In this document: positions 39,700-59,131 of the stretch, piece after piece
How positions within the stretch are numbered: the first letter of the stretch is position 1
Layout: each line of letters opens with the position of its first letter
NCBI GenBank assembly: GCA_009602725.1
Contig: WELB01000009.1
Location: 1,194,957-1,254,087, forward strand
Reading direction: 5' to 3'
Length of the DNA stretch: 59,131 bases
Origin: Spirogloea muscicola
Lineage: Eukaryota
Program-made: the position numbers and the translations under genes
The notes under the pieces: model-generated
Told to the model about the DNA's origin: nothing
What the model saw: only the letters and a program-made list of their open reading frames with translations
Database searches by the model: none

Positions 39700-40170
39700 C
39701 TATTGGCTCTTTGGATTTTGTCCATTCTTTTCGGGCTGGCCTCTGCCAGCCCCTCTTCTCTATGGGCGCGCACTTTCTTCTACGATATGTGAGTGCTGCA
39801 TTGACTGACAGTCCTCTGATTGCGGCCTGAATGAGTCTTTCCTATTCTGCTTTGGCCTGAATGAGTCTGTGGGCGGGAAGACATTAATTAGAGTTCGATC
39901 AAGATAACTCTAACTTGACCCCGAGACTACACGAGCTACCAGGAGACTAATCTCTCTGACCCGCGGCTGCTCAACAGGGGATATTGAGATGTACATAAAA
40001 CATATGCAAATATAGACTTCATATATGTTTCACATATGCATATATATATGCATACATGAAATTGAGAACCCAGTGGCCACTTGAGTCGCCGTGTGCTTCA
40101 CCGCTATTCCATTCTTATCGTTGGGCTGGCCAATCACAGCCATCGCCCCTCTATTGGGAGAGTCTCGCCC
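39700..40170 (+). mobile_element. Three further retroelement 3'-end fragments
   Basis: 39715-39782 tttgtccattcttttcgggctggcctctgccagccc...gggcgcgcactttcttct; 39955-39988 SDPRLLNRGY-stop; 40105-40165 ccattcttatcgttgggctggccaatcacagcc. Confidence 0.6.
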
Positions 40171-40382
40171 ACACTCGAACTCGAACTTTGACGTCGACTC
40201 CACATCTAGGAGTAGGAACTCCGCATGCAGGATGCGCGTGCATCAGATCCTTCCTTACCCTTCCTAAACCCTGAACCCCTAAACCCCCTAAACTCGAAAC
40301 CTTCAACCCACTTGCCTCAGTGCCAGTCCACAGCTGCCACAGAAAGCCCACAGAGAGCCAGGCGGCAAGAGCACTGCCTGCC

Positions 40383-43330
40383 ATGCTGGTGCAGGCACAA
40401 CCGCCGAGCGGCGCCGCGGCCGTCGCCAGCTCCGCCGTGCCGCCGGCGCTCCGCCAGACCGCCGCNGTCTGCGCCGGCGGCGGCGGCGGCGGCGCCAGGG
40501 AAGCGATTCCGCCACTGGGCCAGTAGGGCCGCCGCCGGCTCGGCCGCTGCCGGAGCGGCGGAGGCAGCGGCGGGCCCCAGCCCGTCGGACCACGCGGCAT
40601 GGCGGGAGCTCCTCCGCGGCGGCGACCAGGTCACGGCTGTGCTGCAGCAGATGACAGACTACGTAAGCTAAGCCGCCTCGACGACGGGCGCCCACAACGC
40701 CCGTTGGCCTGTGGCATCATCTCAGAGGCATGCCCAATGCCGCAGTCCATGTCCAGGCATTGGCTCGCCGCGGCTGCCCATCCTCTGAACCTTAGACCCC
40801 TAATGCCTAAACCCTGAACCCCGAGAACCCATCTGAGACGCTCTCGAAGAGCGCTACATTAACTGGAATGGGTTACATTAAAACATAAAAACTGCATCAG
40901 GGAGACAAGAGGCTACTAAGCATAGGTATCTGTAAATGTTTTGCCTCTGGATAGCTGATAGATTAGGAGTAATATGATTATACAATCTGGTGAATTGCAA
41001 TACCATATTGCCAAATTGCCATCTTCGGCGGCGGCTGCAGCTGGCGGACATCTCGGACCTGGCCGATGCGGAGGCCGCGGCGGTCCAGATGGCGGCAGCC
41101 GGCGCCGTCGGCGCGCATATCGAGGTGCTGGACCGCGCGTTCCTCCTGGCGCTGGACTTCATGCTCCACCAGGCCCAGAAGGACCACGACGACAAGGTGA
41201 ATGCTTTCATCCGGGGCCCAGATCTGCGACCATCTGGCTAGTGCCACCACGTTCCAGATTTAGCATGGACTTAGGGGCTGGGATAGAGGTTTTAAGAAAT
41301 TAGAGGTTGGGTTGCAAGTGCAAGGGTTTGGGTTTTGGAGTGACTCTGGGCGCCTGGCTGGCTCGGCTATCGTGCTCGGCATTGCGCAGCGGGAGTGGCT
41401 TTTGCAGGTCCTCAAGGACCAGGTCCTTGCGCAGCTCTCCAACAAGTTCCCCTCCCAGGCAAGCTCCGCGGCACTGCTTGACTTGAGCTTGTAGCTGCAT
41501 CCAAATGGTTTGATTTGAAGCTTATAGCATCATGGTCGCAGCCGCGGCGATCCGTCGGTCTAATCTGCCAAATAGACCTTGTGCTCTGCCAGCTGCCCGT
41601 CAATGACTTCGTCCAGCAGCTATCTGGACTTCAAGCCACCATCGCATGTGTAACAATGTAAATCTGCTAAATGTTGGTCATGTCTGTCACAGGTCCAAGT
41701 CGTGGGCCTGTTGTGTCGCACAAAGGTCAAGGAGGAGAGGCGTGAGGTGCTGTGCCGTGCCGCAGGCGGCGGCGGCGTCTTTGATGCAGTGGGTGGCGGC
41801 AAGTTCGAGATCCCCGCCGCAAAGCTGGGGGATGTTGCCGCCCAGGCGGACGACGTCGTCTCTGTGAGCATGACAGACTCTTCCTCCTTCTATCCTGCAG
41901 GGTAGGTACACAGCTGTGTGGCTGGAAATGGGTCATTCATGACGAGCTCTGTTGTCCACAGGTGTTAAGATATCCGAACTGCATCAAGTCTACCAATATA
42001 ACAGACAGATGGAGTAGTATCAACCTCAGTATCATCAGTGTGTGCTACTTTAGGGGTTTATATGTGAAGGGCTAGCGTTAAGGAGGACAATTGCTTAGCG
42101 GCCTAGTTGTAACCTCCACAAGAACGCTGGTGCTTCTCAGAATGCAAGCTAAGTATACGCACTAAATGGCCCTGTCATCACTCCAGGGGACTTGACTTAC
42201 TTAACTGATTGCTGTATTGAAAGTATTGAGGCGTGCATCGTTGTTGCAGTCTATGGAGGAGCGACAGGCGGTGCCCGACCGGCGCCTGTTGGCACGGCTG
42301 GTCCTGGTGCGCGAGGAGGCGCGGTCGCTCGCCGCCGGAGGCCACTTGGACCCGCGCAACGACACCCGCGGCCTCCAGTCCCTAGCCCAACCTGAGGTAG
42401 ATCTCAAGCAGGCCTCTCGAGCAGTCGCCGCTTCTTGCGAGGCACCACAAGCTGCTGACGGCTGCTGCCATGGCGTCTGTCATGCCAGGTGGACTTCCTG
42501 GCCAAGGTCGTCGGCATGCGGCCCGGGCCGGCGCTGCGGACGCAGTTGCGGAGGGTCATGGAGGGCAAGGACGACGGCGAGGACCGGCCGGAAACCAGCA
42601 GTAAAGCTGGCCCTGCTGCCGACCGGCCCCATAGCCCGCCGAGCCGAGGGCCGTCGACAGGGAGCCCCGGCAGTAGTGATGCCCCGCCGCACAGCGCGGC
42701 CGCAGCCAAGGGCGAGGGCAGGCTGCCGGTGCGGCCTGGCCTGTTCCTCGACACAGTGACAAAGGTGGGGACCTGTCTTGTGCTGCCATCTGCGATACAA
42801 CCCAACTATAATGTTAAATTGTTATGTATTGAGCCTTGATCAGGAGAGAGACTGCAGAGATGCTACATGAAGGCACGCTCCTGCAGCCACATGAGGGGAA
42901 GTCCTGCCAATGACCGGCTACTGGCTCTGCATCGCCTGTCCAGGTGCTGGGTAGCCTGTACAGCAGCGGCTCGGCGCGCGGGGTGACTGTGCAACAGCTG
43001 GAGTTCGTAAGTTTCTTAAGTCCGAGACTGTGATCCCCAGATTCTCAGACCATTGGCTTGGCCCCTCAAATCCTGAGATATAAGTAGCAATGCCTGGCCC
43101 TCGTTCTATTGAGCATACTGCAATCTGGAGTGTACGTAAGGGGGCATGTCTCTGAGGCTCTGACGCCTGGCGTGCTTTGAGTCTTGGTTGCTGAGGCGTG
43201 CGGCCGGCCATGAGTTGCCACCAAGAAGCTGAAGTGCAGATCCAGCTCCTGATGCTGCCAGCAGTCCTTGCCTCATCTACAGATCCGAGAGGAAGTCCTA
43301 GCCGTGCTCCAAGAGATTGCGCACTCGTGA
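40383..43330 (+). CDS. PRDA1: PEP-RELATED DEVELOPMENT ARRESTED 1 homolog, chloroplastic, about 8 exons
   Basis: LLRGGDQVTAVL, FLLALDFML, VQVVGLLCRT, QADD, PDRRLLARLVLVREEAR, LPVRPGLFLDTVTKVLG and LAVLQEIAHS-stop (43330) match recalled plant PRDA1 segments. The N at 40466 probably hides an indel in exon 1, so the start is tentative. Confidence 0.85.
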
Positions 43331-43789
43331 GCAGGCGTCCCCTGGCGTGACTTCACAATGTCTCTACAGTCCACCATCGGCTTAAGGGACGACTTAACAT
43401 TTGCGCCCGAGAATTCAATCATATGCTTCTATGTCATGCGGCCTTAGCAAGCGCGCTGGTTGGAAGTCACTGAGGGTGCCTTATCCCGACATGGGAGGTA
43501 GTGCAAATTGCACTACACGAGCACAGGCTGGCACTGTATATAAGCAAGGAGAGGACTGGCGGGGGCCCAGAAAGGGGCGCTCATAAATTACATGAAGTTG
43601 CGAGATACTGGTTGCGCCGAGTTTCCGAGGCTGTTATGCCTTCAACTGCACCAACAGATACTTAAGTGCAACATATCTGTGTGGGAGCATAAGTGACGGT
43701 TAAATGACATGCTAACTCTCTTCCCACCTCCCTCCATCCGTTCCCCTCCCCACTTCCCTGAAGGAGCGACTTGGGATGCCCGTGCGGTC

Positions 43790-50455
<6,666 letters not shown>

Positions 50456-50531
50456 TGGCGGAGCCGCCGGCGGCCGAGGCCGCGGCGGAGGCCGACGCCG
50501 AGGTCGAGGTCGTCGAGAACTCCGAGGTGGT

Positions 50532-50571
<40 letters not shown>

Positions 50572-53500
50572 TGACGAGCGTGGCCCGACGCTGGCTGCTC
50601 CTCGCCTTGGCCAGCTCGCGGCTCTGGACCCGGACTTCTACCGCATCGGATACGCGCGCCATGTGCGCGCCTACGGCGTCGCCTTCAAGGAGGGCCCCCG
50701 CGGCGTCGGGGTGTACGCCGCCCGCAGCACGACCGTGCGCGAGAAGCCCCGGGTGAGCGCCCGCCGCCGGCCCTGGCGGCTCGGCGGAGGCTCTCCCTGG
50801 TGGCAGTTTGCGAAATCAGCGCTCAAAAGTGTGGGATAATGGGGTCCTATTATCCCACACCGAGGCTAAAATCAACGGTGTGGATCCGAAGCTGAGGCCG
50901 CGAGCAGCTTCATGGATGCGTTTGCGATTAATAGTGGCGGTTTAGGGTTTAATGGCTTCAGGCTTTTAGGAGTTACGCTAAAACTTAACCTTAAACCCCA
51001 AACCCCTAAGCCTTACACCCCTACATCCAAAACCCGCTCGGGCCTGGCAGCGAGAGGCCACTCCGCATGCGGCCGTGACGGCGATGCTGTCTTGTTTCTT
51101 CCTCTTAAGATATAACGAGAGGCGCTCTCTGCATTCATCTCGAAAAGCTGAATGTGATCCTATTTGTAATAGATTGATTGCATCAGTACGTTGGCAGAGT
51201 CCTGAGCTGCTTGCTGCGGAGCAGGTGGTCATGGAGGTGCCCGGGGAGCTGATGGTGACGGTGAGCGAGGAGCGGCCGTGGATGTTCTACCCGGACTTCC
51301 TCCCCCTCGGCCACCCGCTCTTTGACGTCATTGAGGCCACGGACGCCACGGTGAGGGCGCCGCGCTGGCAACTTCTCTGAGAAATAAGGTGACAAACGGG
51401 TTTCCATTTTTGCATTGTACGTATACCTTCTCTTGCGGTGCCTCTGTGGTAACAGGCCATTGATAGTTCAAAGGTTTAGATTTCATAGAAAACCATCATA
51501 TGAAAGCAGGGGTTAAGGCCTAAGCTCAGGTCATGGTAAAGGTTTAAGGCTCAAGGTTCCAGAATCTGGTTAAATGTAGAAGGTATGGACCTTGATCACT
51601 GAGGCGCCGCCGCTGATGCTGCCGCTGACGTCGCCTCCGCTTGGGCAGGACGGCAGGGACCTCCGGCTGGCATGCATGCTGCTGCTGGCGCTGGAGCAGG
51701 AGGGCAGCTTCTGGGCCGACTACGGCGACTTCCTCCCGCCCCCAGACGACTGCACGTCCCTGCTCCTGGCCACCGAGGCGAGGGTCCCTCTTGGCCTCGT
51801 GTGCCCGCATTGGCAGACTCGTGCTTTCACCAATGCATCGCTAGGCCTTCGAAATGGATATATCCACCAAGTTTGTACACAGCTTGCTTACTGCCGACAT
51901 TGTATCCTCACTAAGGACTGCGGCAGCTTGATAGACATAGGGACTGAGTCGCTCACTCCCTAAGATCTATGGCCTAGGGGAATTGAGGGTCTGAGTCCGT
52001 CACAAGCAGGGTACTACCCAAGTCGCGCTTGCTTGCGAGCATCGGTGTGGTTGCAATCTTGTTGCTGAAGCCATGCGAGGCTTGCAGGCGGAGCTGGTGG
52101 AGCTGCAGGACCGTGAGCTGGGGAGCCGAGTGCGCGACACCCAGCATCGCGCGCGCGAGTTCTGGGAGAAGCACTGGGTGCGGAGCTATCCAGTGACCGC
52201 AGGCCTAGGCCCTGACTTGGCTGCCCTTTTGCCCCTACGCAATAATTGGCACAGTGTTTTGCGCTGGCCGTGTCCTTGAGATCCAGTCGATCAAGGGGAC
52301 GATCTCCTGAGAAGCTCATTAGCACTTGCTAGCTCTTCAAGTACTCAGCACAAGAGCTCGCCGGATGCACTTACATTCATAGGTGTCCTTGTCACCTCCT
52401 TTAGCAAGCAAATGGCAGATCAATTAGCCACGCAGTTTCAGCTCTTGCGAGAAAGACTCAGCAGGAGAAGAGATTATTGGAGCTTACCGAGGCTCCATAA
52501 AAAGTGGCCTTGTGGCGCGCACGCAGGGAGGTGGCGACACGGTCTCAAAGCTCCAGCGGCTGGCGCCCTCAGTGGAGCGCTTCCTCTGGGCTGTGGCACT
52601 TGTGCAGTCCCGCGCAATGTCGATGCGCATGCAGATCGGCGCCCGCCTGCAGCGCACGCACTTCCTTGCGCCCTACATAGGTGCTTCATCCTGCCCTGGC
52701 TCTTGATCCTCTCTGTGGAACCTTCAAATTCTGTGGAACCTTCAACCTCTGTGATGCTAAAGCCCAGCATTGTTGTATGAAGCTCTAGTCTCTGATGGTT
52801 CATGCAAGCTTCTTAAGCCCTGGATGGGCATGTGGAGTACTCAAGAGCAGAGAATCAAGCCCCACATGCAAACTCAAATTTCAGCAGTCAGTCATATATC
52901 TATTGTCAGGGTTTGAAGTATTCTCTCAAATTGTTGGCTTTCTAGAGACTTTTGTCTAGGGGTCAGATTAGCAGCTTAGACTTGGTAAGTAACTTAGAAA
53001 AATCATCAGCCTCACACTGCTGGCCACAGTCCGCAGCAGCTTATCGCTCATTGCATTGAGCTTTGAGTCTGTTATCGAGCCTAGATGTCGTGGACCAGAC
53101 ACTGAGATGTCGTTCCCGAACTTGCCGTCAATGCATTGGGTGCTCCCGACCGTTCCGCATGTAGCTAGAGCTAATGGCGTGCTTGCAGCTGCCGCCTGCA
53201 GACATGCTTAACCACTCGAGCCAGCCGACGTGCTCACTGCGGTGGCGCAAGAAGGACCGCATGCTTGAGGTCGCCTTGATGCCCGGCCAGGACATCCGTG
53301 CAGGCGCTGAGGTGCGTTTGTGAAGAATGTTGGTCTTTATCCCGAAGGTCACAAAGTGTTGGGTTCTAAAGAAAGTGCAAAAGTCTTAGTGCAGTTTCAG
53401 ACCTGAGGTAAGTCTGCAGAGAAGCGATGTGCAGAGCTGCTGATTGCAGCAGCAAAACCTCAATCTGCTGCAACTCATGGGCGTCGTGTGGCATACAACG

Positions 53501-55139
53501 TGCCTCCAAACCCCACATTATTTCCTCGCTGCAGCTCACCATTGACTATGGGCCGAGCGCCTGTAACGCAAGGCTCATGGAGCGCTATGGCTTCTCACTG
53601 AGCTGTGTAAGCTCTCCTTGCTGCTTGATATGCCGTCACCCTACATTAGGTCCTGACCTTGATTACTTTCCTATGTTAACATTGCGTTTTGCTCATCCGT
53701 CTAAGCACTGGGCTTCGTGAGCATTGCCAGACGTGGGCTGAGTCAATGTATTTTCAGCAGCAACTAACCTCAAGTAACACATACAGAGAGTCCAGCTTCA
53801 GTGGCTGCTGACAAACCCCAAGTGGTATGCAGAACCCGTGGGCAACCACGTCTTTGCCCGATTCCCCGAAGATTCACCAGGAGTCTTTTAATTCCGCATT
53901 CAGCATAGCTGGTTTGCCCGACAAATACTACCTTAGCTGTACGCCCCCACTAACATATTTGCCACTTCTTCCCTTTCAAGCTCCTCATTTTTATTGATGT
54001 GTGGGGCCTCAGTACAAAAGGCCCTGAAGAATGACATGAAATGCAGGTGCAGTACATAGTTTGCTTGGGTTCAGCATGTCGTTTGTGGCTTTGAAAAAGT
54101 TTTAATTGCTGCTTGTCTTCGTCACTTGCCGGCTGTTGAGTTACACGGGTGCAGCTTCTATGCACAGTGGCATGCTTCTCAAATTTAGATTGTCAATCAA
54201 CCAAGCTGGACTACAGAGGTTGGTCAGAATAACTCACCAAGCTATCGGCTTTGAAGGAGTGCAGCTGCAGGTGCAGAGGAGCCTGACGTATTTGTGGATG
54301 GCAATCTCTTTGCTGCCGCGCGGAACTTGCCCACCTGGTTAGATGGCGATATGCCTCCCCTCCCTTCACTGGAGAGGGCTTCCGCAGTGGAGCTCGCATC
54401 CGCCTGCAAGCGCCTACTGGACTCCTTCCCCACGTCGCTGGAGGAGGACGAGGCCCTCCTGCAAGGTGAGAGCACCAGTATGGTATGTGTCTGCCATGTG
54501 GTTGCTTACGGTTGCCATGAGTTGCAGGATTGATTATTACCATCTTCTCTTCTGAGCATCAATCGTACTGGAAGTTGCCAACTCCGACTTCAGTCTTAAC
54601 TTTCAACCGCTCGGCACTCAAGCCAATCTCCCACCACCCTATGCAGTAGTTATCACTGAAGCAGTAAATGAGCTTAGGTTGACCAGATGGCTTGGGTATA
54701 GGCATAACTGCAGACTTGGGTCATCTGACAGGTCGTCATAGCGCATTATGTAGGTGTGTCTGACGTGCACTCATTGCGTTGGAGGGCAGCTCTTTGGTAC
54801 GAAGTCTCGGGGCTCACACCCACACCCCTGAATAGTATTGCTGCACATCTTGGGACTTAAGCTCAGGGATGGCCAGTGTTACCATTGTCATGTGGTGTCA
54901 GTTGCTTTGTGACACTTCCTCTTCTATCTTCTAGCAACATTGCTCAAGTCAGGTTGTACATTTGAGCTTGTGATGACATTGCCAATCAAGTCAGGTTGTA
55001 CAGTTGAGCTTTTGATGACATTGCCAATTATGTAACCCACCTGCCTTTGCATATGTGCAGTTATCGGATGGACCATAAGCGGCTGCTCAGGAAGGTCGTC
55101 CGTGCCCTGGAACTTTACAAGGACCGCATTCTTTACTAG
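50456..55139 (+). CDS. PTAC14: PLASTID TRANSCRIPTIONALLY ACTIVE 14 (pTAC14/PAP7), SET-domain protein, start lost in gap
   Basis: DPDFYRIGYARHVRAYGVAFKEGP, PWMFYPDFLPLGHPLFDVI, DLRLACMLL...YGDFLP...CTSLLLATE, DMLNHSSQP...KDRMLEV, FVDGNLFAAARNLPTWLDGDMPPLPSLER, YRMDHK...LYKDRILY-stop (55139). Confidence 0.92.
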
Positions 55140-55514
55140 CAGAACAGGGATGCCACCATCACAACATTGCAATCTCAAAGGAAGCTGACTAGCTCAGCAA
55201 GTTACCATAGCTGACTGCGATTTGTGAGGGCTTCTTTATCAGCAGCTCAGTAACGGGTGGTGGCCAGGCTACTGGGGGTCTCATAGATGGCTTACTTAAA
55301 TGTGCCCAATTTTGCAACACCCGAAGTATACAAATAACAGAAAACTCAAACCTGATGGCCCATGCCATACTAAGCTCTCCAGTTGAGCTACTGCATGCGA
55401 GGATGAGAAGGTGGATGATAAAGCTCAAAGTAAAATCGCGTGGCAGCGGAGGAGGGTAAAGGCAGTGTGGTCAAAATCCTTGGCAAGGGCTCTTGCTAGC
55501 TTCATCTTCGTCCT

Positions 55515-58500
55515 TCAGTTGCCTCGCCGGTGGCGCCGCCGCTCCTCATCCCTGCCACTTCCACAAGGCCAGCCGTGTCAGTCTTGGCGGGCTGCCTCTA
55601 CAGAAGCAGATCCTTGAATCGCCCTCATAGGGCAGCGCTAGTGACAAAGGCCTGCAGTCTGCAGGCAAGGTGCACTACCCACAATCGGTAGCATCAGATG
55701 CAGGACAGCTGGTTGAAGGAAGGAGGGGGAGGGGGTGCGGCCGTCACCTGGGTGGTGGCGAGTGCCTGCGGTGAGAGGAATGCTTGCTAGGCGAGGGGCG
55801 TCTACGACAATGCAGGAGCAGGGCAAGACAGAAAGGGAGGAGCAACACATGGCCGTCAAGACTCCGTCATGGCCGGCCCGCCACGGCCTCACTCATCTGC
55901 CTCCCCTGATTGCTGGCCTCCACAGGCAACGGGGATGGTCTCCACGCTCTTGGAGAGCGCTACTTGGTGAGCATGCAGCGCGTGACTTGACTCTGTGTGC
56001 TGCACTATGCATAACTTACAGCCCAGGGCTCACAAACCGTTTTGGGTTATTGGTTGAAGGGTTTAGGGTTTAGGTTAGGGTTTAGGTTTGGGGTTTGGGG
56101 TGTGGGGTTTGGGTTTTGGGGTTTCGGATTTAGGGGTTAAGGGTTAAGGCTTTAAAATTGCTTAGAAATGCGCCCATCAGACTCCATGCTTCCTTGACAA
56201 GTAGAGGCGCTTGCGGCAGTCGCCGGGTCGTGGGGCATCGTGGCGTCGGGCCTACCTCCTCGCTGGTGGCGACGCCGAGCTGGTGCTGCTCCTCCGCCGC
56301 GCTGCTGATCGCGAGCTCTTACCTGAGCGCCGCCTGCATCACCCAAATAACAGAATTAAAGGCAGGATTCCGACATCAGAAAGCTACAACTCATCGCTAG
56401 AGCCTTCATATCTACGCCCTTATTACATAAATCCAGACACACAATGCTCTAACTACATTTTCCACTCTGCTTAATCTTCAGACTTGCAACTAAATTTGTA
56501 CTCAGTCAATAGCAAATACAATCAAGGATCTGAGACAAGTAGGAAAATCCTGGTAGCTCCAGTAGGATGCCCACACCTCAGCTGTTCCTCGCCGTTGCGG
56601 GAGGATCCGCCGCTGCTGCCAGAGCTAGCGCTGCTGCTGCGGTGGCGCCGCCGTCGGCGCTTCGGCGACGACGACCGCGAGGCATGGCGGCGGCCGCCGC
56701 CTCCATGGCTCCGGCTCTCCCTCTCCCGGCCCCGCTCCCTGCCCCGCTCCCTCTCCCTCCGCTTCTCCTCACCCCTCTCCCTCTCCCTGGGCGAGTCCCG
56801 CTGCCTCGCCCCCTTCCCTCTCCTCTCCCTCTCGCGCTCCTTCTCCCTCTCGCCCGCCCTCTCAGCCTCCCTCTCCTTCACCTTCTCTCCTTCCCTCTCT
56901 ACACCACTCTCCGACTCGACCGCACTCTCCTTTGCTCTCTCTCTTGCCTCCTCGCCACCACTGCCGCCGCTGCTGGCGGCCACAGCGTGACCGCTGTTGC
57001 CTTCTCCTCCACCGCCGGCCGCAGTGCCAGGCTCCTTGTCCTTGACACCGCTGCCCTCAAGACCCTCGGCACCGCCGCCACCACCTTCTTCTAGAGGACT
57101 ACAAGCGCCGCCGACGGCTGTCGCGAGCCCCTTGAGTGGATCCCCAGCCGGCAATAGCTTTGATGAGCCTGCGGCTGCGAGTTGAGCCGTGCTCGCAGTC
57201 TCATCGTGTGTGTCCGCCTGCATCGTTGCTGCAGCTACTGCACTGACAGGCTTTGGCTCCTCGAGCAGCGCCGGCGACTTAACCTCGCCTCCGGTGGCCG
57301 GCATCTCATCGCCACGATTGCCGTGCTCGACGGCTGGCGGCCCTGCGCTGGGGCTGCGCTCTGCAACACCACGGACGTCCTTCTCCTCGTCGTCATCTGT
57401 GTCGTAGCTAGCCAGGCCCAGCAGGTTGCCAGCGCCGCCGCCATCGCCACCGCCACCGCCACTCGAGCCGCTGCTGCTGCCGCTGCTGGCCCCCCTGCCT
57501 GCCCTCGCCGGCATCCCCAGCATGTGCGCCGCCGGCGCTGGCCGCGGCGGCGGCGGCAGCGGCGATGCTGGAGCACGGGGCCCACCGCCATCTGCTGCTG
57601 AGACGCCTCGACGCAGCGGCCAGGCATGAGACCCTCAGATCACCATTCTGTAGCGCGGTCGTGACACGAGGACGGCTTCATGCTACTAGCTCGGACTTAG
57701 CAAACACAGAAACGCGACCACTGCCGCAGAGGGCAGCGCAGGATGGGCACCGTACCTGCGTGCTCAGCATTGTTCGCCTCACCGTCGCCATCGCTGTTAT
57801 CATCGTTGTCCTCCTCGTCTGCCACCTCCTCAGCAATCTCTGAGAAGAGCTCGTCTGTAACCTGCACCCGCGGCGGCGGTGGCGGCGATGGCAACATGAC
57901 TTGCGCTGGCATAGACACAGCGAACGCAGCAGGAGCTGTCCGCAGGTCGCCTTCATCCTCAATCCTAAGCAGTAGCGCCGGCGGCGGTGTGTCAGAAAGG
58001 GGGCGCATGTATGACACGAACCTTGAGCAGGACCTCCGTGAGCACCCGTCGAATCTCAGCATTCATGGCAGCCTGCCGCCGCGCCGCCGCCTCCTCCTCC
58101 TCCTCCTCCTCCTCGTCCTCGTCCTCGACTTCGGCATCATCGTCGTCCACGTCATCGGCAGCCGCAGCGTCGCCCTCAATTCCGATGCGCGATAGCCCAA
58201 GACGGGGCTCCGAAAGCGCCGCCGCCGCTGCCGCCGCAGCAGCTGGCGGCAAGACGGCATGCGCCGCTGCCGTCTCGCCCTCGGCCTTCTTCTTCAGAAG
58301 CTGCTCTCGCAGCCAGGAGGGGACTGCTGCCTGCGCTATGGAAGCAGGAGTCAAGTGAGTGAGATGGAGGAACGGAGGAAGGGGGACAAACCAGAAAGGA
58401 GGGGAAGAGACAGCTTCTTCCAAGTAAAGGCAGTGGCTTTGAAAGGCCAGCCCAAAGGAATGTACACGACACTAGCCTCCAAGACGTCAGCAAGAGGCGC

Positions 58501-59131
58501 TCAAGAACCTCGAGTCAGCAAGTGCATATCAGAATAGTCAGAGGTAGAAGAGGAGGATGAAGAAGATGGGCGGCAAGAGCACATGGTGGGAGCAGGAAAG
58601 GCAGGGTTTAAGGAAAGGTGAGAGGGAGGGGGGCGGTTTTGGGGTTTACAGTTTCTGGTTTTGGGGTTTAAGCTTTCTGCAGCCTAAAGGCCCATTGGTT
58701 TGAATCTTCCAATCTATGGAAGACCGACCAGGCGGGACTCGTCTTGCCAATTACATATCAATTTCAAGCATGTTAAGATGCGCTTCTTCGGGTGGTCTGG
58801 TCGCATCGGCGCTCGCCTTCTTGGGCGTCGTGTGGAAGTCGGCCATGGCGCCGCCGGCGTGGGCGCCCATGTGGGCGAACGGCGGCGCCGGCATGTAGTT
58901 CTCGGGGTGCTGGGGGGGGCCGTGGTGGTGGTGGTGGTGGTGGTGATGCTGCGGCATCATGGGCCCGTCGCCGCCGCCAAACCCAAACGGCGGCGGCAGG
59001 CCAGCGCCAGGATGGTGGTGCGGCGGCGGCATCGGCGGCGAGCCGAACGGCGGCGGCGGGCCATGGCCGCCGCCGTACTGCAGCCTGGGGTCGAACTGCG
59101 CGGCAGAGGCAGGCCGGCAGCGTCAGCGTCA
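55515..59131 (-). CDS. PNISR-like Arg/Ser-rich splicing-associated protein, 5' end beyond window
   Basis: VPSWLREQLLKKK, AMNAEIRRVLTEVLLK|VTDELFSEIAEEV (PNISR domain), LLGLASY, RE/RS-rich C-terminus and Pro/His-rich N-terminus. The 3' end is approximate. Confidence 0.75.
56040..56150 (+). repeat. Degenerate telomere-like (TTTAGGG/TTTGGGG)n tract in an intron
   Basis: gggtttagggtttaggttagggtttaggtttggggtttggggtgtggggtttgggttttggggtttcggatttaggggttaaggg. Confidence 0.85.
58400..58535 (-). mobile_element. Retroelement 3'-end fragment inside a PNISR-like intron
   Basis: Reverse complement gives SDMHLLTRGS-stop, then cattcctttgggctggcctttcaaagccactgcc...ttggaagaagctgtctctt. Confidence 0.6.

Noticed and set aside
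40380..40530. PRDA1 pseudogene because of an exon 1 frameshift
   Set aside because: The shift coincides with an ambiguous N at 40466 and all downstream exons are intact.

Overview
Intron-rich eukaryotic nuclear DNA. Plant-type TTTAGGG repeats, GC-rich 5' exons and plant-specific genes point to a streptophyte, probably a streptophyte alga (inference). Ten spliced genes are recognisable: an NPH3/BTB (NRL) protein (5' partial), cytosolic glutamyl-tRNA synthetase, a DHHC S-acyltransferase, LIN37, a small UPF0729-like membrane protein, uroporphyrinogen-III synthase, a GH38 alpha-mannosidase, PRDA1, a Sel1-repeat protein and pTAC14. A PNISR-like protein (5' partial) and two weak gene candidates are also present. 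The main non-genic signal is a family of roughly 25-30 short fragments on both strands. They look like 5'-truncated 3' ends of a CRE/RLE-type non-LTR retrotransposon and share a C-terminal peptide (S-D-L-x-L-L-x-R-G-Y/F-stop), a GGCTG..CAGCC stem-loop and a TTCTT tail. They pile up in three intergenic clusters. Other observations: the UROS and mannosidase genes are head-to-head with possibly overlapping start codons in one GCCATGGC palindrome; degenerate telomere repeats bracket GC-rich islands with a fairly consistent polarity; three GC-AG introns are likely. Two N-gaps flanked by ~120-nt homopolymers look like assembly artefacts. All identifications come from manual translation and recalled family motifs, without database searches, and exon limits are approximate.
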